Shown piece after piece: positions 27,028 to 36,047 of a stretch of DNA of 52,012 nt. The DNA comes from an uncultured Bacteroidota bacterium (lineage in GTDB: Bacteria > Bacteroidota > Bacteroidia > Chitinophagales > UBA8649): positions 1 through 52,012 of the forward strand of contig CAKZQD010000137.1 of NCBI GenBank assembly GCA_937139485.1, given 5' to 3'. A model generated the notes under the pieces. That model made no database searches and was not told the origin of the DNA. It was given only the letters and a program-made list of their open reading frames with translations. The first letter of the stretch is position 1; every line of letters starts with the position of its first letter. The translations under genes were made by a program, and so were the position numbers.

Positions 27028-28099
27028 ACTTCAACCCAACTTCCAAATAAACAGGCTGATGATCAGAAAACTCAAAGTCTAAATCTGCGGTAATAACCTT
27101 TTTAACTTCAACATTTGGAGAAACTAGGTAAAAATCTATCAGCGTAGTAAACGTGCTGTCTTTATTGTAAGGTTTTGATAATTTTCTGTTTGTTGGTGTT
27201 TTGCTATCAAAAGCCCATTGCCAGCCAGCAGGCAAAAAGTCTTCTGCTATGTTTGTTTGCGCATAATCTTCTGCGTTTCCTTTTGCAAAAGCATCGTATT
27301 CAAAGTTTGGCGGGCATTGGTTCCAATCTGCTCCTACAATTACATAGTTTCCTTTTTCATATTCTGCCAATAAAAATTTCTTTAAAAAATCCATTTCCAG
27401 AGGTTTTAATAATCCGCCGTCATAAGCAGAATTATGTGAGTTTACCACCACAAGTTCTTTGCCATTTTCTGTAGCTATTCTGCTTACAAGCATACATCTA
27501 TCTAAATGAAAAATTCGTTTTGGCCATTCGTATTCTCCAGGAAATTGCAATCTTGTGTTTTCTTTGTTTTCGTATTTTGAAAACGTAGCCAAACCACTCA
27601 AAACTTTCCCTAATGGACTGGTAGAACTCAATGGCACAGGAATGTAATTTACCTTAAAGTTTGGTGCAAAAACTTTACTATGTTCTGGCAATACTTTAGA
27701 AATTTGCTCATATTCATCTGTAAAATAACTTCGCTTAGAATCTCTATCTACTTCTTGTAACAATATAAAATCAATATCATTTGCTTTTTCAATAAAATTG
27801 CCAATACCAGTAAAATAGCGTTGAACATCATTTTTATTTGATCGTACTGTTTTTCCGCCATCTAAAAAAAAATCTGCTTTATAGCCTAAGCCACTATAAC
27901 CAATATTCCAGCTCAAAAAAGATATACTAGTAGAATCTTTTATAATGTTTGAATTGAGATTTTTAGCAGTTAATTCTATTTTTTCTGAAGGTTTAAAATC
28001 TGTAATAGAGCCGTAAGTTAGCACACTTATTACATATAAACCATATACAATCATTGGAGATAATAATAAAAAAATATAAAGCATAGTTTTTTTCTTCAT
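27026..28099 (-). CDS. Membrane-anchored endonuclease/exonuclease/phosphatase (EEP) family protein
   Basis: 357 aa. N-terminal TM, then LSWNIGY, LLQEVD and C-terminal FSDHQPV. Confidence 0.75.
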   Translation of the reverse strand: MKKKTMLYIFLLLSPMIVYGLYVISVLTYGSITDFKPSEKIELTAKNLNSNIIKDSTSISFLSWNIGYSGLGYKADFFLDGGKTVRSNKNDVQRYFTGIGNFIEKANDIDFILLQEVDRDSKRSYFTDEYEQISKVLPEHSKVFAPNFKVNYIPVPLSSTSPLGKVLSGLATFSKYENKENTRLQFPGEYEWPKRIFHLDRCMLVSRIATENGKELVVVNSHNSAYDGGLLKPLEMDFLKKFLLAEYEKGNYVIVGADWNQCPPNFEYDAFAKGNAEDYAQTNIAEDFLPAGWQWAFDSKTPTNRKLSKPYNKDSTFTTLIDFYLVSPNVEVKKVITADLDFEFSDHQPVYLEVGLK

Positions 28100-28113
28100 A
28101 TCTCAAAAATAGG

Positions 28114-28150
28114 CAAAAAAAAAGAGATATTGAACCTTCAATATCTCTTT
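28114..28150 (-). terminator. Rho-independent terminator after the 74-aa membrane-protein gene
   Basis: The 14-nt arms AAAGAGATATTGAA / TTCAATATCTCTTT are followed on the minus strand by a T-run of about 9. Confidence 0.6.
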
Positions 28151-28171
28151 AATATATTTTAGTAAAAAAAA

Positions 28172-28396
28172 TTAAATTTTTTCTGGTTCTGTTGATGTCT
28201 TTAGCATAGTAACACCTGCTATAAAGAAAAACAAAGCCATTACTATTGGTAATGCTAAGCCAACTTCACCAAATCCTGCTTCTGGTGTTGCAGGGTTATA
28301 CTGTAGGTATGCATTTGAGTTTTGATATAAAAATATAAGACCAATTAAAGCTAGTGAGCTTAATATTGTCATCATTGTTCCTAATACTTTTGCCAT
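28172..28396 (-). CDS. Small two-TM membrane protein
   Basis: 74 aa with two hydrophobic helices. It has its own terminator. Confidence 0.45.
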   Translation of the reverse strand: MAKVLGTMMTILSSLALIGLIFLYQNSNAYLQYNPATPEAGFGEVGLALPIVMALFFFIAGVTMLKTSTEPEKI

Positions 28397-28535
28397 GATT
28401 TTTTAATTTTATATCACAAATTTAAGACAACTTAGCTAATAAATCAAAAAATTAATTTAAAATTGCGCTTTTAGTCTATTTTTGTAGGCATATAGTTTTT
28501 ATTGTAGCCTTGTAATAACTTATAATGACAAATTT

Positions 28536-29168
28536 TTGTCACAAAATACGTTTATGAATATTGCTTTTTCTTGGACATTATTGCTTTTACCTTTTATAGC
28601 TGCCACTATTGGTTGGTTTACCAACTTTATAGCAGTAAAAATGCTTTTTCACCCAAAAGAACCAATAAATTTTTTAGGATTTAAAATTCACGGTATTTTT
28701 CCTAAAAGACAAAAAGACATAGCCGTAAGCGTAGGAAAAATGGTAGCAAATGATTTATTAAACGTAGAAGATCTTCAAGATAAACTGGCTAATAAAGAAA
28801 GTGTATTGGCTATAATAGATAAAATAGAAAATACTTTAGATCATTATTTTGAAGTTAGTTTTCCATTAAAATTTCCTTTACTTTCTAAGGTAATATCTAC
28901 TAAAATGCGCATAAAAATAAAAAACGAAATGCTTGGCGAAGTAGAACATATTGCTCCAGAACTCATTGCAAACCAAGTAAATAACCTAGATCAAGTTTTT
29001 GATGTAGAAAAAATAGTGACAGAAAAAGTAAGCAATCTTTCGTCAGACAAATTAGAAGAACTCATGCTTAATATTATAGAAAACGAACTAACTTTTATAG
29101 AATGGGTTGGTGCCGTGCTTGGTTTCCTTATTGGACTGGTTCAAGTAGGATTAGTTTTAGTTCTTTAA
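28536..29168 (+). CDS. DUF445-like membrane protein
   Basis: 210 aa. IGWFTNFIAVKMLFHPKEP is typical of DUF445. It uses a TTG start at 28536, with an alternative ATG at 28554. Confidence 0.55.
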   Translation: MSQNTFMNIAFSWTLLLLPFIAATIGWFTNFIAVKMLFHPKEPINFLGFKIHGIFPKRQKDIAVSVGKMVANDLLNVEDLQDKLANKESVLAIIDKIENTLDHYFEVSFPLKFPLLSKVISTKMRIKIKNEMLGEVEHIAPELIANQVNNLDQVFDVEKIVTEKVSNLSSDKLEELMLNIIENELTFIEWVGAVLGFLIGLVQVGLVLVL

Positions 29169-29831
29169 AACAACTCTCAAGGCTTCTCTTTTACTCAAAT
29201 TACTCAATGCTGTTTTTTCACAATAGCCAATGACCCAACTAGGATTTATATAAGCGTATTCTCTCAACACCCAACCAATAGCTTTATTAATAAAAAATTC
29301 TTTAGAGCCAATAAAATGATTAATTACATAAGAAAGGTATTCTGTATCAAGATCTTTTTTGTATTTTAATTGAAATAGAATACAAGAACGGTTTAGCCAC
29401 AAATTATCAGTGTTTAACCATTTTTCTATGACTGTATTTCTTTTTTTAGGAAAAAGCCTGAAATAATGACCTACTAAATTTGGTGCAATAGAATCAATGC
29501 TGGCCCACCAAGATTTTTGTTTAATTAAGAATTCAAAAAGTTCAATATCTTTTTCTTCTATTTGTTTTTTATATTTTAAAGCAAGTTCCAAAGCAAAATA
29601 TTGAAATTCTCTTTGTGGTTTTTGCCATAAATATTTAATAATTTTTTCTAAATCTTCTTTTGCAGGTAAAGCGTCTTTAACTAAAAATGGTCTTGTTATC
29701 AATTTTCTGGTAGGAGAATTAATACCATAAAATGCAAAGTTATTTTTCATATACTTTGCTTGTTTTGCGGCATTTTCAGTATTAGCGTTTTCTAAAAAAA
29801 CGGCTTCAAGTGTATTTATATAATCATTCAT
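29157..29831 (-). CDS. DNA alkylation repair protein (AlkD-like HEAT-repeat glycosylase family)
   Basis: 224 aa. AKQAKYMKNNFAFYGINSPTRK ... INKAIGWVLREY is the family pattern. Confidence 0.7.
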   Translation of the reverse strand: MNDYINTLEAVFLENANTENAAKQAKYMKNNFAFYGINSPTRKLITRPFLVKDALPAKEDLEKIIKYLWQKPQREFQYFALELALKYKKQIEEKDIELFEFLIKQKSWWASIDSIAPNLVGHYFRLFPKKRNTVIEKWLNTDNLWLNRSCILFQLKYKKDLDTEYLSYVINHFIGSKEFFINKAIGWVLREYAYINPSWVIGYCEKTALSNLSKREALRVVLKN

Positions 29832-30583
29832 ATTTCAAAAATCAACTCTTTATAACAATACTCGTCCGAAACTTTTTTTACGTTTCCTAAATAATTTTTT
29901 CCAGAAAGCTTTTGTACTGTGTGAGCTGTTAGGTGTGCTTCATTATTTATTTGTTTTAAAACAGAAATATTTTCAGCGTTTAAACTTTTTTCTTTAAGCC
30001 AAAATTCACTTTCATACTCATTTAATATTAAAGGTGTTCTCGCCTCTTTCAGTTTTGGATTGTTGTGCAATTTTGCCATCAAATCTTTAGCTTTATTAGT
30101 TACAATACAAAAAGTATTTATATTTTGATTGGTTTTTTCATCAAACCATTCACTTCTTAAAGCTGCTAAAATCATTGGTTTTTTATCTTTTCGATAAACA
30201 AAAAAAGGATAAGACTTTCCTTTAAAATGGTGAAATTCATAAAAGCCATCAACATAAACAACACATCTTTTTTCAAGGGCAGACTCTTTAAAAGATGGCT
30301 TTTTTAAAATTGTTTCCAAACGCGCATTGAGTGTTTTTTGCCAAATAGAAGCAATGTTTTTTCGGCTTTTTACAAAACTTGGAATCAAACCCCAGTAACA
30401 AGCTATAACTTTTGAGGAAGTATACACCAAAACCATTGGATGTGTAAATGCAGATAAATGAAAACTAGGTTGTGTGATTAAGGTTTTTAGCTTTTTGGTT
30501 AATTCTAAAACTGATTTATTATCGCCGTCTTGCTTTGCGTGAAATAATTGTGTTTCTAAACTTGATTTTACGCTGTAGCACAC
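29828..30583 (-). CDS. SOS-response-associated peptidase (SRAP/YedK-like abasic-site processing protein)
   Basis: 251 aa, beginning Met-Cys (MCYSV). SRAP-like core. 4-nt overlap with the AlkD-like gene. Confidence 0.7.
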   Translation of the reverse strand: MCYSVKSSLETQLFHAKQDGDNKSVLELTKKLKTLITQPSFHLSAFTHPMVLVYTSSKVIACYWGLIPSFVKSRKNIASIWQKTLNARLETILKKPSFKESALEKRCVVYVDGFYEFHHFKGKSYPFFVYRKDKKPMILAALRSEWFDEKTNQNINTFCIVTNKAKDLMAKLHNNPKLKEARTPLILNEYESEFWLKEKSLNAENISVLKQINNEAHLTAHTVQKLSGKNYLGNVKKVSDEYCYKELIFEI

Positions 30584-30592
30584 TTTTATTTA

Positions 30593-31939
30593 TTAATATT
30601 TTTTCAAGAAACTTCTCATTTCATTTAATACCTTATCTGTTTCCCAATCGCTTTCATTTGGGTATTTTTCAAGTAATTTTTCAAGCATTACAATTTGATC
30701 ATCGCCTTTTTTTAATGCTACAGAATATCTAATATTTGAAAAGGAAACCATTGAATATTGTGGTAAAAATTCTGGAATATGCTTCATTAATACTTTTTCA
30801 AACTGCTTTCTTTTTAAGAAATTGTCGTCTTGTGTATCGTCTCGCATGTTCACAAAGTGCCTTATGGCTAAGTCTGCAATGGCTTGCCCGTCTGGCACAC
30901 GCATTTCATTATATTCTGCTAATATAGCTTGCCAGTCTTCAGCTTGGTGTTTGTCTATAATATCGTCTAGTATTCTACAATCTTCAAAGCCAGCATTCAT
31001 TCCTTGTCCATAAAAAGGAACTACGGCATGTGCCGCATCGCCCATTAAACAAATATTTTTATGTACCCAAGGATTACATTTTACAGTTACTAAACTTCCT
31101 GTTGGGTTTTCTTTATATGCTTGCAACAAATTTGGCATGTGTTCTAAAGCACTAGGAAAATGCTCTTTAAAGAAATCCATTATTTCTTCGTCTGTTTTTA
31201 GGTTTTCAAAGCTATATTTTCCTTCATAAGCCATAAAAAGTGTAACAGTAAAACTTCCATCTAAATTTGGTAATGCTATAAGCATAAAAGATTTTCTTGG
31301 CCAAATATGTAGATAATTTGTAGGAATTCTGTGTGTTCCATCACTATTTGCTGGAATTTCTAATTCTTTGTATCCGTGCTTTAAAAAATCTTGAGAGTAT
31401 GAAAATCGCTCTGTTTTTTGCATTCCATAGCGAACAGAAGAAAATGCGCCATCGGTAGCAAAAATTAAGTCAGATTTGCTTTCTATGCTTTCATTTGTTT
31501 CTGAGTCTTCAAATTTTAAACTCGTTTCTTCAAAGTTTACATCTACACATTTTTTATTGAAGTGAAAGTTTACATTAGGCTCTTTTTCTGCCACTTCCAT
31601 CATTATTTTATTCAAATCTCCTCTAGAAATAGAATAAATTGCTTCGCCTTCTTTTCCATAAGCTTGTACATCTATACTTCCATCTTCTTGGTGAATCATT
31701 CTAGAATGCATAGCTATAGCCATTGGCTCCATAAGTTCTCTAAGACCTGCTTTTTCTAAAGCCGTCCAACCTCTGGTACTCATAGCCAAGTTTATAGATT
31801 TTCCAGCACTTATATTTGCTTTACGCATATCTTGCCTGCGTTCAAAAACATCTACTGTGTAACCTCTTCTAGCCAAAAAACAAGAGAATAACGAACCAAC
31901 TAAGCCTGCGCCTACTATAGAAACTTTAGGATTTTTCAT
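30593..31939 (-). CDS. kmo: Kynurenine 3-monooxygenase
   Basis: 448 aa. VSIVGAGLVGSL FAD fold, SINLAMSTRGW, GDAAHAVVPFYGQGMN. Confidence 0.85.
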   Translation of the reverse strand: MKNPKVSIVGAGLVGSLFSCFLARRGYTVDVFERRQDMRKANISAGKSINLAMSTRGWTALEKAGLRELMEPMAIAMHSRMIHQEDGSIDVQAYGKEGEAIYSISRGDLNKIMMEVAEKEPNVNFHFNKKCVDVNFEETSLKFEDSETNESIESKSDLIFATDGAFSSVRYGMQKTERFSYSQDFLKHGYKELEIPANSDGTHRIPTNYLHIWPRKSFMLIALPNLDGSFTVTLFMAYEGKYSFENLKTDEEIMDFFKEHFPSALEHMPNLLQAYKENPTGSLVTVKCNPWVHKNICLMGDAAHAVVPFYGQGMNAGFEDCRILDDIIDKHQAEDWQAILAEYNEMRVPDGQAIADLAIRHFVNMRDDTQDDNFLKRKQFEKVLMKHIPEFLPQYSMVSFSNIRYSVALKKGDDQIVMLEKLLEKYPNESDWETDKVLNEMRSFLKKY

Positions 31940-31957
31940 GGGTGTAGTATTTTTTAA

Positions 31958-33403
31958 TTATTTGTTAGAAGACTGTCTTTCTTCTATAGAACAAGGATAG
32001 TCAAACAAACATTTCCTTTTTATCATTTCAGCTACATATTCGGGTACATTTTCTTCCCAGCCATCTTCTCTTCCTCTTATTTTTTCTATTATTTCATAAG
32101 AAAAAATTTGTAGATGGTCTTCATTGAAGTTTTCAATGTCTTCTATATAGTTGTTTGCTAAAAAATGCTTGTGCAAGTTTTCTAACTCTGGTGTTGTTTT
32201 TAAAGTTTTGGCGGTTATAATTTCACCATCTTTTTCTCTTTGGTATGGGTAAGCATAAAGTTTTACATCGTAAGAAAACAACTCACCAAACGATTTTAAT
32301 ACTTGTTGCGAAAGGTCTTTTTCGCCATCTAAACCATATATAAATATAAGGTTCATAATACCTATTGGCATTCTTATTTTTTTAACTCTACACCTATCTA
32401 AGTATACTGCCAAGTCTGCATGGTCATGAAGGTTAGAAACCATTACGTAAGAACCCAAACCGCACAATATTTCTGCTCTGTCTAAGAAATCTCTTCTACT
32501 CAGGTTTTCATCTTCATAAAGCGAACTTAAATTCATTTCGCTCATTACCACTAGTTTTTCAGGGTCTGCACCTTCTTCTAGTGTAAATTTTTCTAAGCCA
32601 TTTTTTAAAATATCTTGGTTTACTATAGTAAAAGGTCTAAACCTGCCTCTTACCAAAAGCACATCTTTTTTGTACAAAAAATCTTTTGGTTGGTAAACTT
32701 CATTATCTGGGCCAAAAATAGTTGCATCGGTAAAGCCTAACTTTACTAAAAGTAAACTTAGTAGTCTATTGTCTACTTCTTTATGGTCTGGACCTTCAAA
32801 TTTAACCATATCTACTTCTAAATGGTTAGTACTTATATAGTCTTTTAATGAACGAACAATAGTTTCTGGGTCGTTTGGATATGTGTATGCACCAAAAATT
32901 AAGTTTACACCCAATTCTCCAATTACTCTTTGTTGAAGCAAAGCATTGTTGTCATAAATTCTTACGTGAAGAATTATTTCGTTTGGTTCTGCATCTTCTT
33001 CTAGCTGGTACCTTACGCCTATCCAACCGTGTGGCTCGTTGGTTCTTGAATAATTTAAAGTAGTTATTGTATTTGCAAAGGCAAAAAGTCTTCTTCCTTC
33101 GTATTTGTTTCCTTTAAGTCTTTCTTTTAGTAAAGTAAATTCATGGTCTAACATTTTTTTTACTCTACTTTGGCTTACATACCTATTGTTTGCTTCTGCT
33201 CCATAAATGGCATCACTAAATGCCATGTCATAAGCAGACATTGCTTTTGCAATAGTTCCTGAAGCACCACCTACTCTAAAAAAATTTCTTGCTACTTCTT
33301 GTCCTGCGCCTATTTCTGCAATAGTTCCATATATACTTGGATCTAAATTTAATTTAAGTGCTTTTGCCTTAGTAGACAGTACATTTCTTTTATTGGTAGC
33401 CAT
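31958..33403 (-). CDS. Conserved cytoplasmic protein of unknown function
   Basis: 481 aa with no signal peptide. The conserved-looking N-terminus is YGTIAEIGAGQEVARNFFRVGGASGTIAKAMSAYDMAFSDAIYG. It is tightly packed between the E2 gene and kmo. Confidence 0.6.
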   Translation of the reverse strand: MATNKRNVLSTKAKALKLNLDPSIYGTIAEIGAGQEVARNFFRVGGASGTIAKAMSAYDMAFSDAIYGAEANNRYVSQSRVKKMLDHEFTLLKERLKGNKYEGRRLFAFANTITTLNYSRTNEPHGWIGVRYQLEEDAEPNEIILHVRIYDNNALLQQRVIGELGVNLIFGAYTYPNDPETIVRSLKDYISTNHLEVDMVKFEGPDHKEVDNRLLSLLLVKLGFTDATIFGPDNEVYQPKDFLYKKDVLLVRGRFRPFTIVNQDILKNGLEKFTLEEGADPEKLVVMSEMNLSSLYEDENLSRRDFLDRAEILCGLGSYVMVSNLHDHADLAVYLDRCRVKKIRMPIGIMNLIFIYGLDGEKDLSQQVLKSFGELFSYDVKLYAYPYQREKDGEIITAKTLKTTPELENLHKHFLANNYIEDIENFNEDHLQIFSYEIIEKIRGREDGWEENVPEYVAEMIKRKCLFDYPCSIEERQSSNK

Positions 33404-33412
33404 ATTTATTTT

Positions 33413-34825
33413 TTATAATTCTCTATTTGCATCAAATTGTTCTAAATAATCTGCAACTCTTCTTACAAATTTACCGCCCAGTGCACCATCTACAACTCTG
33501 TGGTCGTATGAATGTGATAAGAACATCATGCTTCTAATTCCAATTACATCACCGGCTTCGGTTTCTATTACTACAGGTTTCTTTTTAATAATACCTACGG
33601 CCAAAATACCAACTTGTGGTTGATTAATAATTGGCGTTCCCATAACGTTTCCAAAAGAACCTACATTTGTCAATGTGTATGTGCCGCCTTCTATTTCGTC
33701 TGGTTTTAGTTTTCCTTGTCTTGCTCTATTTGCAAGGTCGTTTACTTTTTTAGTTAAACCTACCAAGTTTAGTTGGTCAGCATTTTTAATTACAGGAACT
33801 ATTAAATTACCATTTGGTAATGCGGCAGCCATTCCAATATTAATATCTTTTTTCATTAAAATATTATCGCCTTCTATAGAACAGTTTATCTGAGGAAAAT
33901 CTTTTATAGCTTTTGCAACGGCTTCCATAAAAATTGGTGTAAAAGTTATTTTTTCACCTTCTCTTTTAGCAAAACCATCTTTGATTTTATTTCTCCAGTT
34001 TACAATTTTAGTAACATCTGCTTCTACAAAAGATGTAACGTGTGCAGAAGTCTGCACAGAGTTTACCATGTGTTTTGCAATTAGTTTACGCATTCTGTCC
34101 ATTTCAATTATTTCTACATTTCCAGAAGCAGATGTAGACGCTTGTCCAGATGTTGCTAATGCTGTAGATTGAGGAACTGGTGCTTTAGAAACAGGTTTAG
34201 GTTCATTTTGTGTAGCTACAACATTTGTTTCAACTGGTGCTTGTTTTGTAGGCGCAGCTTGTTGCTGTACTTGTTGTTTTTGTACTGTTTGAAAACCACC
34301 TTGAGGTCTGTTTTCTATATAATTTAATATATCAGCTTTTGTAACTCTACTATCTTTACCAGAACCAGGTATAGAATCTAATTCTTGCATAGAAATTTGC
34401 TCTTCTTTGGCAATATTTAATACCAAAGGAGAATAAAAGCGACCAGAAAAACTAGCCACAGCTACAGCTGCTGGAGCGGCAACTTGTTCTACTTGTTGTT
34501 CAATTTGAGCGGCTACTTGTTGTGCTGGCTCTGGTGTTGGTGCTTGTTGTTGAGCTGGTACAGCTTGTGCGCTTGCTGAGCCCGCTTCAGTTTCTATAAT
34601 AGCCAAAGGAGCACCTACGGCTACTACATCTCCTTCTTTGTAAAGAATTTTTGTAATAGTTCCAGAAACTTCACTAGGAACTTCAGAGTCTACTTTGTCT
34701 GTTGCAATTTCACAGATTGGTTCGTCCATTTCTATGGTGTCGCCTTCTTGTTTTAACCATCCAAGAATAGTTGCTTCTATAATACTTTCGCCCATTTTAG
34801 GCATTAATAACTCTACTGCAGCCAT
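33413..34825 (-). CDS. 2-oxoacid dehydrogenase E2 component (dihydrolipoyllysine-residue acyltransferase)
   Basis: 470 aa. Lipoyl motif EIATDKV, Ala/Pro/Gln linker, E3-binding segment, and catalytic SHSYDHRVVDG. Confidence 0.85.
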   Translation of the reverse strand: MAAVELLMPKMGESIIEATILGWLKQEGDTIEMDEPICEIATDKVDSEVPSEVSGTITKILYKEGDVVAVGAPLAIIETEAGSASAQAVPAQQQAPTPEPAQQVAAQIEQQVEQVAAPAAVAVASFSGRFYSPLVLNIAKEEQISMQELDSIPGSGKDSRVTKADILNYIENRPQGGFQTVQKQQVQQQAAPTKQAPVETNVVATQNEPKPVSKAPVPQSTALATSGQASTSASGNVEIIEMDRMRKLIAKHMVNSVQTSAHVTSFVEADVTKIVNWRNKIKDGFAKREGEKITFTPIFMEAVAKAIKDFPQINCSIEGDNILMKKDINIGMAAALPNGNLIVPVIKNADQLNLVGLTKKVNDLANRARQGKLKPDEIEGGTYTLTNVGSFGNVMGTPIINQPQVGILAVGIIKKKPVVIETEAGDVIGIRSMMFLSHSYDHRVVDGALGGKFVRRVADYLEQFDANREL

Positions 34826-34853
34826 AATATTTATGTGTTTTTTAAATAGACTA

Positions 34854-34861
34854 CAAAGTTA
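34854..34861 (-). promoter_or_regulatory. Candidate -7 box ahead of the E2 gene string
   Basis: The minus strand reads TAACTTTG, 28 nt upstream of the start at 34825. Confidence 0.3.
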
Positions 34862-34920
34862 AATGAAATTAGCAATTTTCAAATAAAAACATTACAATAC
34901 ATTTATTAAAAGTGTAGTGT

Positions 34921-35907
34921 TTATGGAACACTAATTTCTAGTAAAACACCGTTTTCGCCTCCGACATATAGTTTATTTTCGTTTAAAAACTTTAGGGAAT
35001 GAAAATTGTCTTTGGTTTCGGTTTTAATTATTTGCCAAGTTTTGCCGCCATTTTCTGTAAAAAGTACTTCGCCTCTATAGCCACATACTGCGCCTTTACT
35101 TTCTGTAATAAAATCTATATTTTCGTAATGTTGCCTTGCTGAAAAAGCTTTGTTTTTAGCGTCTAGTGTTTGCCAAGATTTTCCTTGGTTGCTGGTTTTA
35201 TATATGCCGCCATCCCAGCCACAAGCATAACCAATGTTTTCTGTTGGAAAATCAATGTCGTAATAATAATCTCCTTTTATTGGTGTTTGTTGCCAAGATT
35301 TTCCGCCATCTGTAGTTTTTTGTATAGTTCCATAAGCAGCAGCAAAACCAATATTTTTATCTAAAAAAAACAAATCTCTAATAGGAAAATTAAAGGTGTC
35401 TTTTGCAAAATTGTACCAAATTGTTTCTGAAGAAAAAATAGAACCATCTGTAAAAGCAGAATACGTGCTTATTAATGTTTTTTGTTCTGCAAGCATTGCT
35501 ATGCTATGAAAAGCTTCGTAAGTTCCATTAATAATTATTAGCCAAGTGTTTCCGCCGTCTTCTGTACGTAATACTCTTCCACCAAAGCCAACAATTTGTC
35601 CTATGTTTTCATCTAAAAAATCTATTGCAAATAGTGTTTGCAGTTCTTTATCGTTTATTCCCAATATATTATTGTCAGAAATTTTTTGCCAAGAAACGCC
35701 TCCGTCTTCGGTTTTTAGTATACAGCCTCCTTTGTATAAAGTTCCGCCTACGGCAAATCCTTTTGTTTGGTTTATGAAAAAAATGTCATTTATTCTATGC
35801 TTTACATTTGTACTTATATAGCGCAAAGGATAAGATGTTTTTTTCTTAGTACAGTCACTAAGCAATAAAACAATTATTAAATAAAAAAGGGCAACTATGT
35901 TTTTCAA
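34921..35907 (-). CDS. BNR/Ycf48-like beta-propeller lipoprotein
   Basis: 328 aa. Five S/TxDGGxxW-type motifs: TEDGGVSW, TEDGGNTW, TTDGGKSW, TSNQGKSW, TENGGKTW. Lipobox-like LLSDC. Confidence 0.7.
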   Translation of the reverse strand: MKNIVALFYLIIVLLLSDCTKKKTSYPLRYISTNVKHRINDIFFINQTKGFAVGGTLYKGGCILKTEDGGVSWQKISDNNILGINDKELQTLFAIDFLDENIGQIVGFGGRVLRTEDGGNTWLIIINGTYEAFHSIAMLAEQKTLISTYSAFTDGSIFSSETIWYNFAKDTFNFPIRDLFFLDKNIGFAAAYGTIQKTTDGGKSWQQTPIKGDYYYDIDFPTENIGYACGWDGGIYKTSNQGKSWQTLDAKNKAFSARQHYENIDFITESKGAVCGYRGEVLFTENGGKTWQIIKTETKDNFHSLKFLNENKLYVGGENGVLLEISVP

Positions 35908-36013
35908 GAAAATGGTTTTTAAACAAAATGTAATTTCAAAACTACTTATTTGCTTCTGGAAAGCTAAAATAAGGCTAAAAAGTAATTAGTTTTTAAATAT
36001 TGTGAATAAAAAT

Positions 36014-36021
36014 TAATTTTG
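36014..36021 (+). promoter_or_regulatory. Candidate -7 box for the MBL-fold hydrolase gene
   Basis: TAATTTTG lies 26 nt upstream of the ATG at 36048. Confidence 0.3.
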
Positions 36022-36047
36022 CTCGCTGTTTATAAAGCGTAAAAAGT

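Noticed and set aside
34200-34560. GC-richer stretch with repeated CAACAAG/TTGTTG words, considered as a possible repeat element
   Set aside because: It encodes the Ala/Pro/Gln-rich flexible linkers of the E2 acyltransferase. This low-complexity coding sequence is normal for the family.
9874-34861. Recurrence of CTACAAAGT at 9874, 11478 and 34851, considered as a possible MITE target or shared motif
   Set aside because: A 9-mer recurring three times in 52 kb of AT-rich sequence is compatible with chance. Two of the sites are simply promoter or operator sequences.
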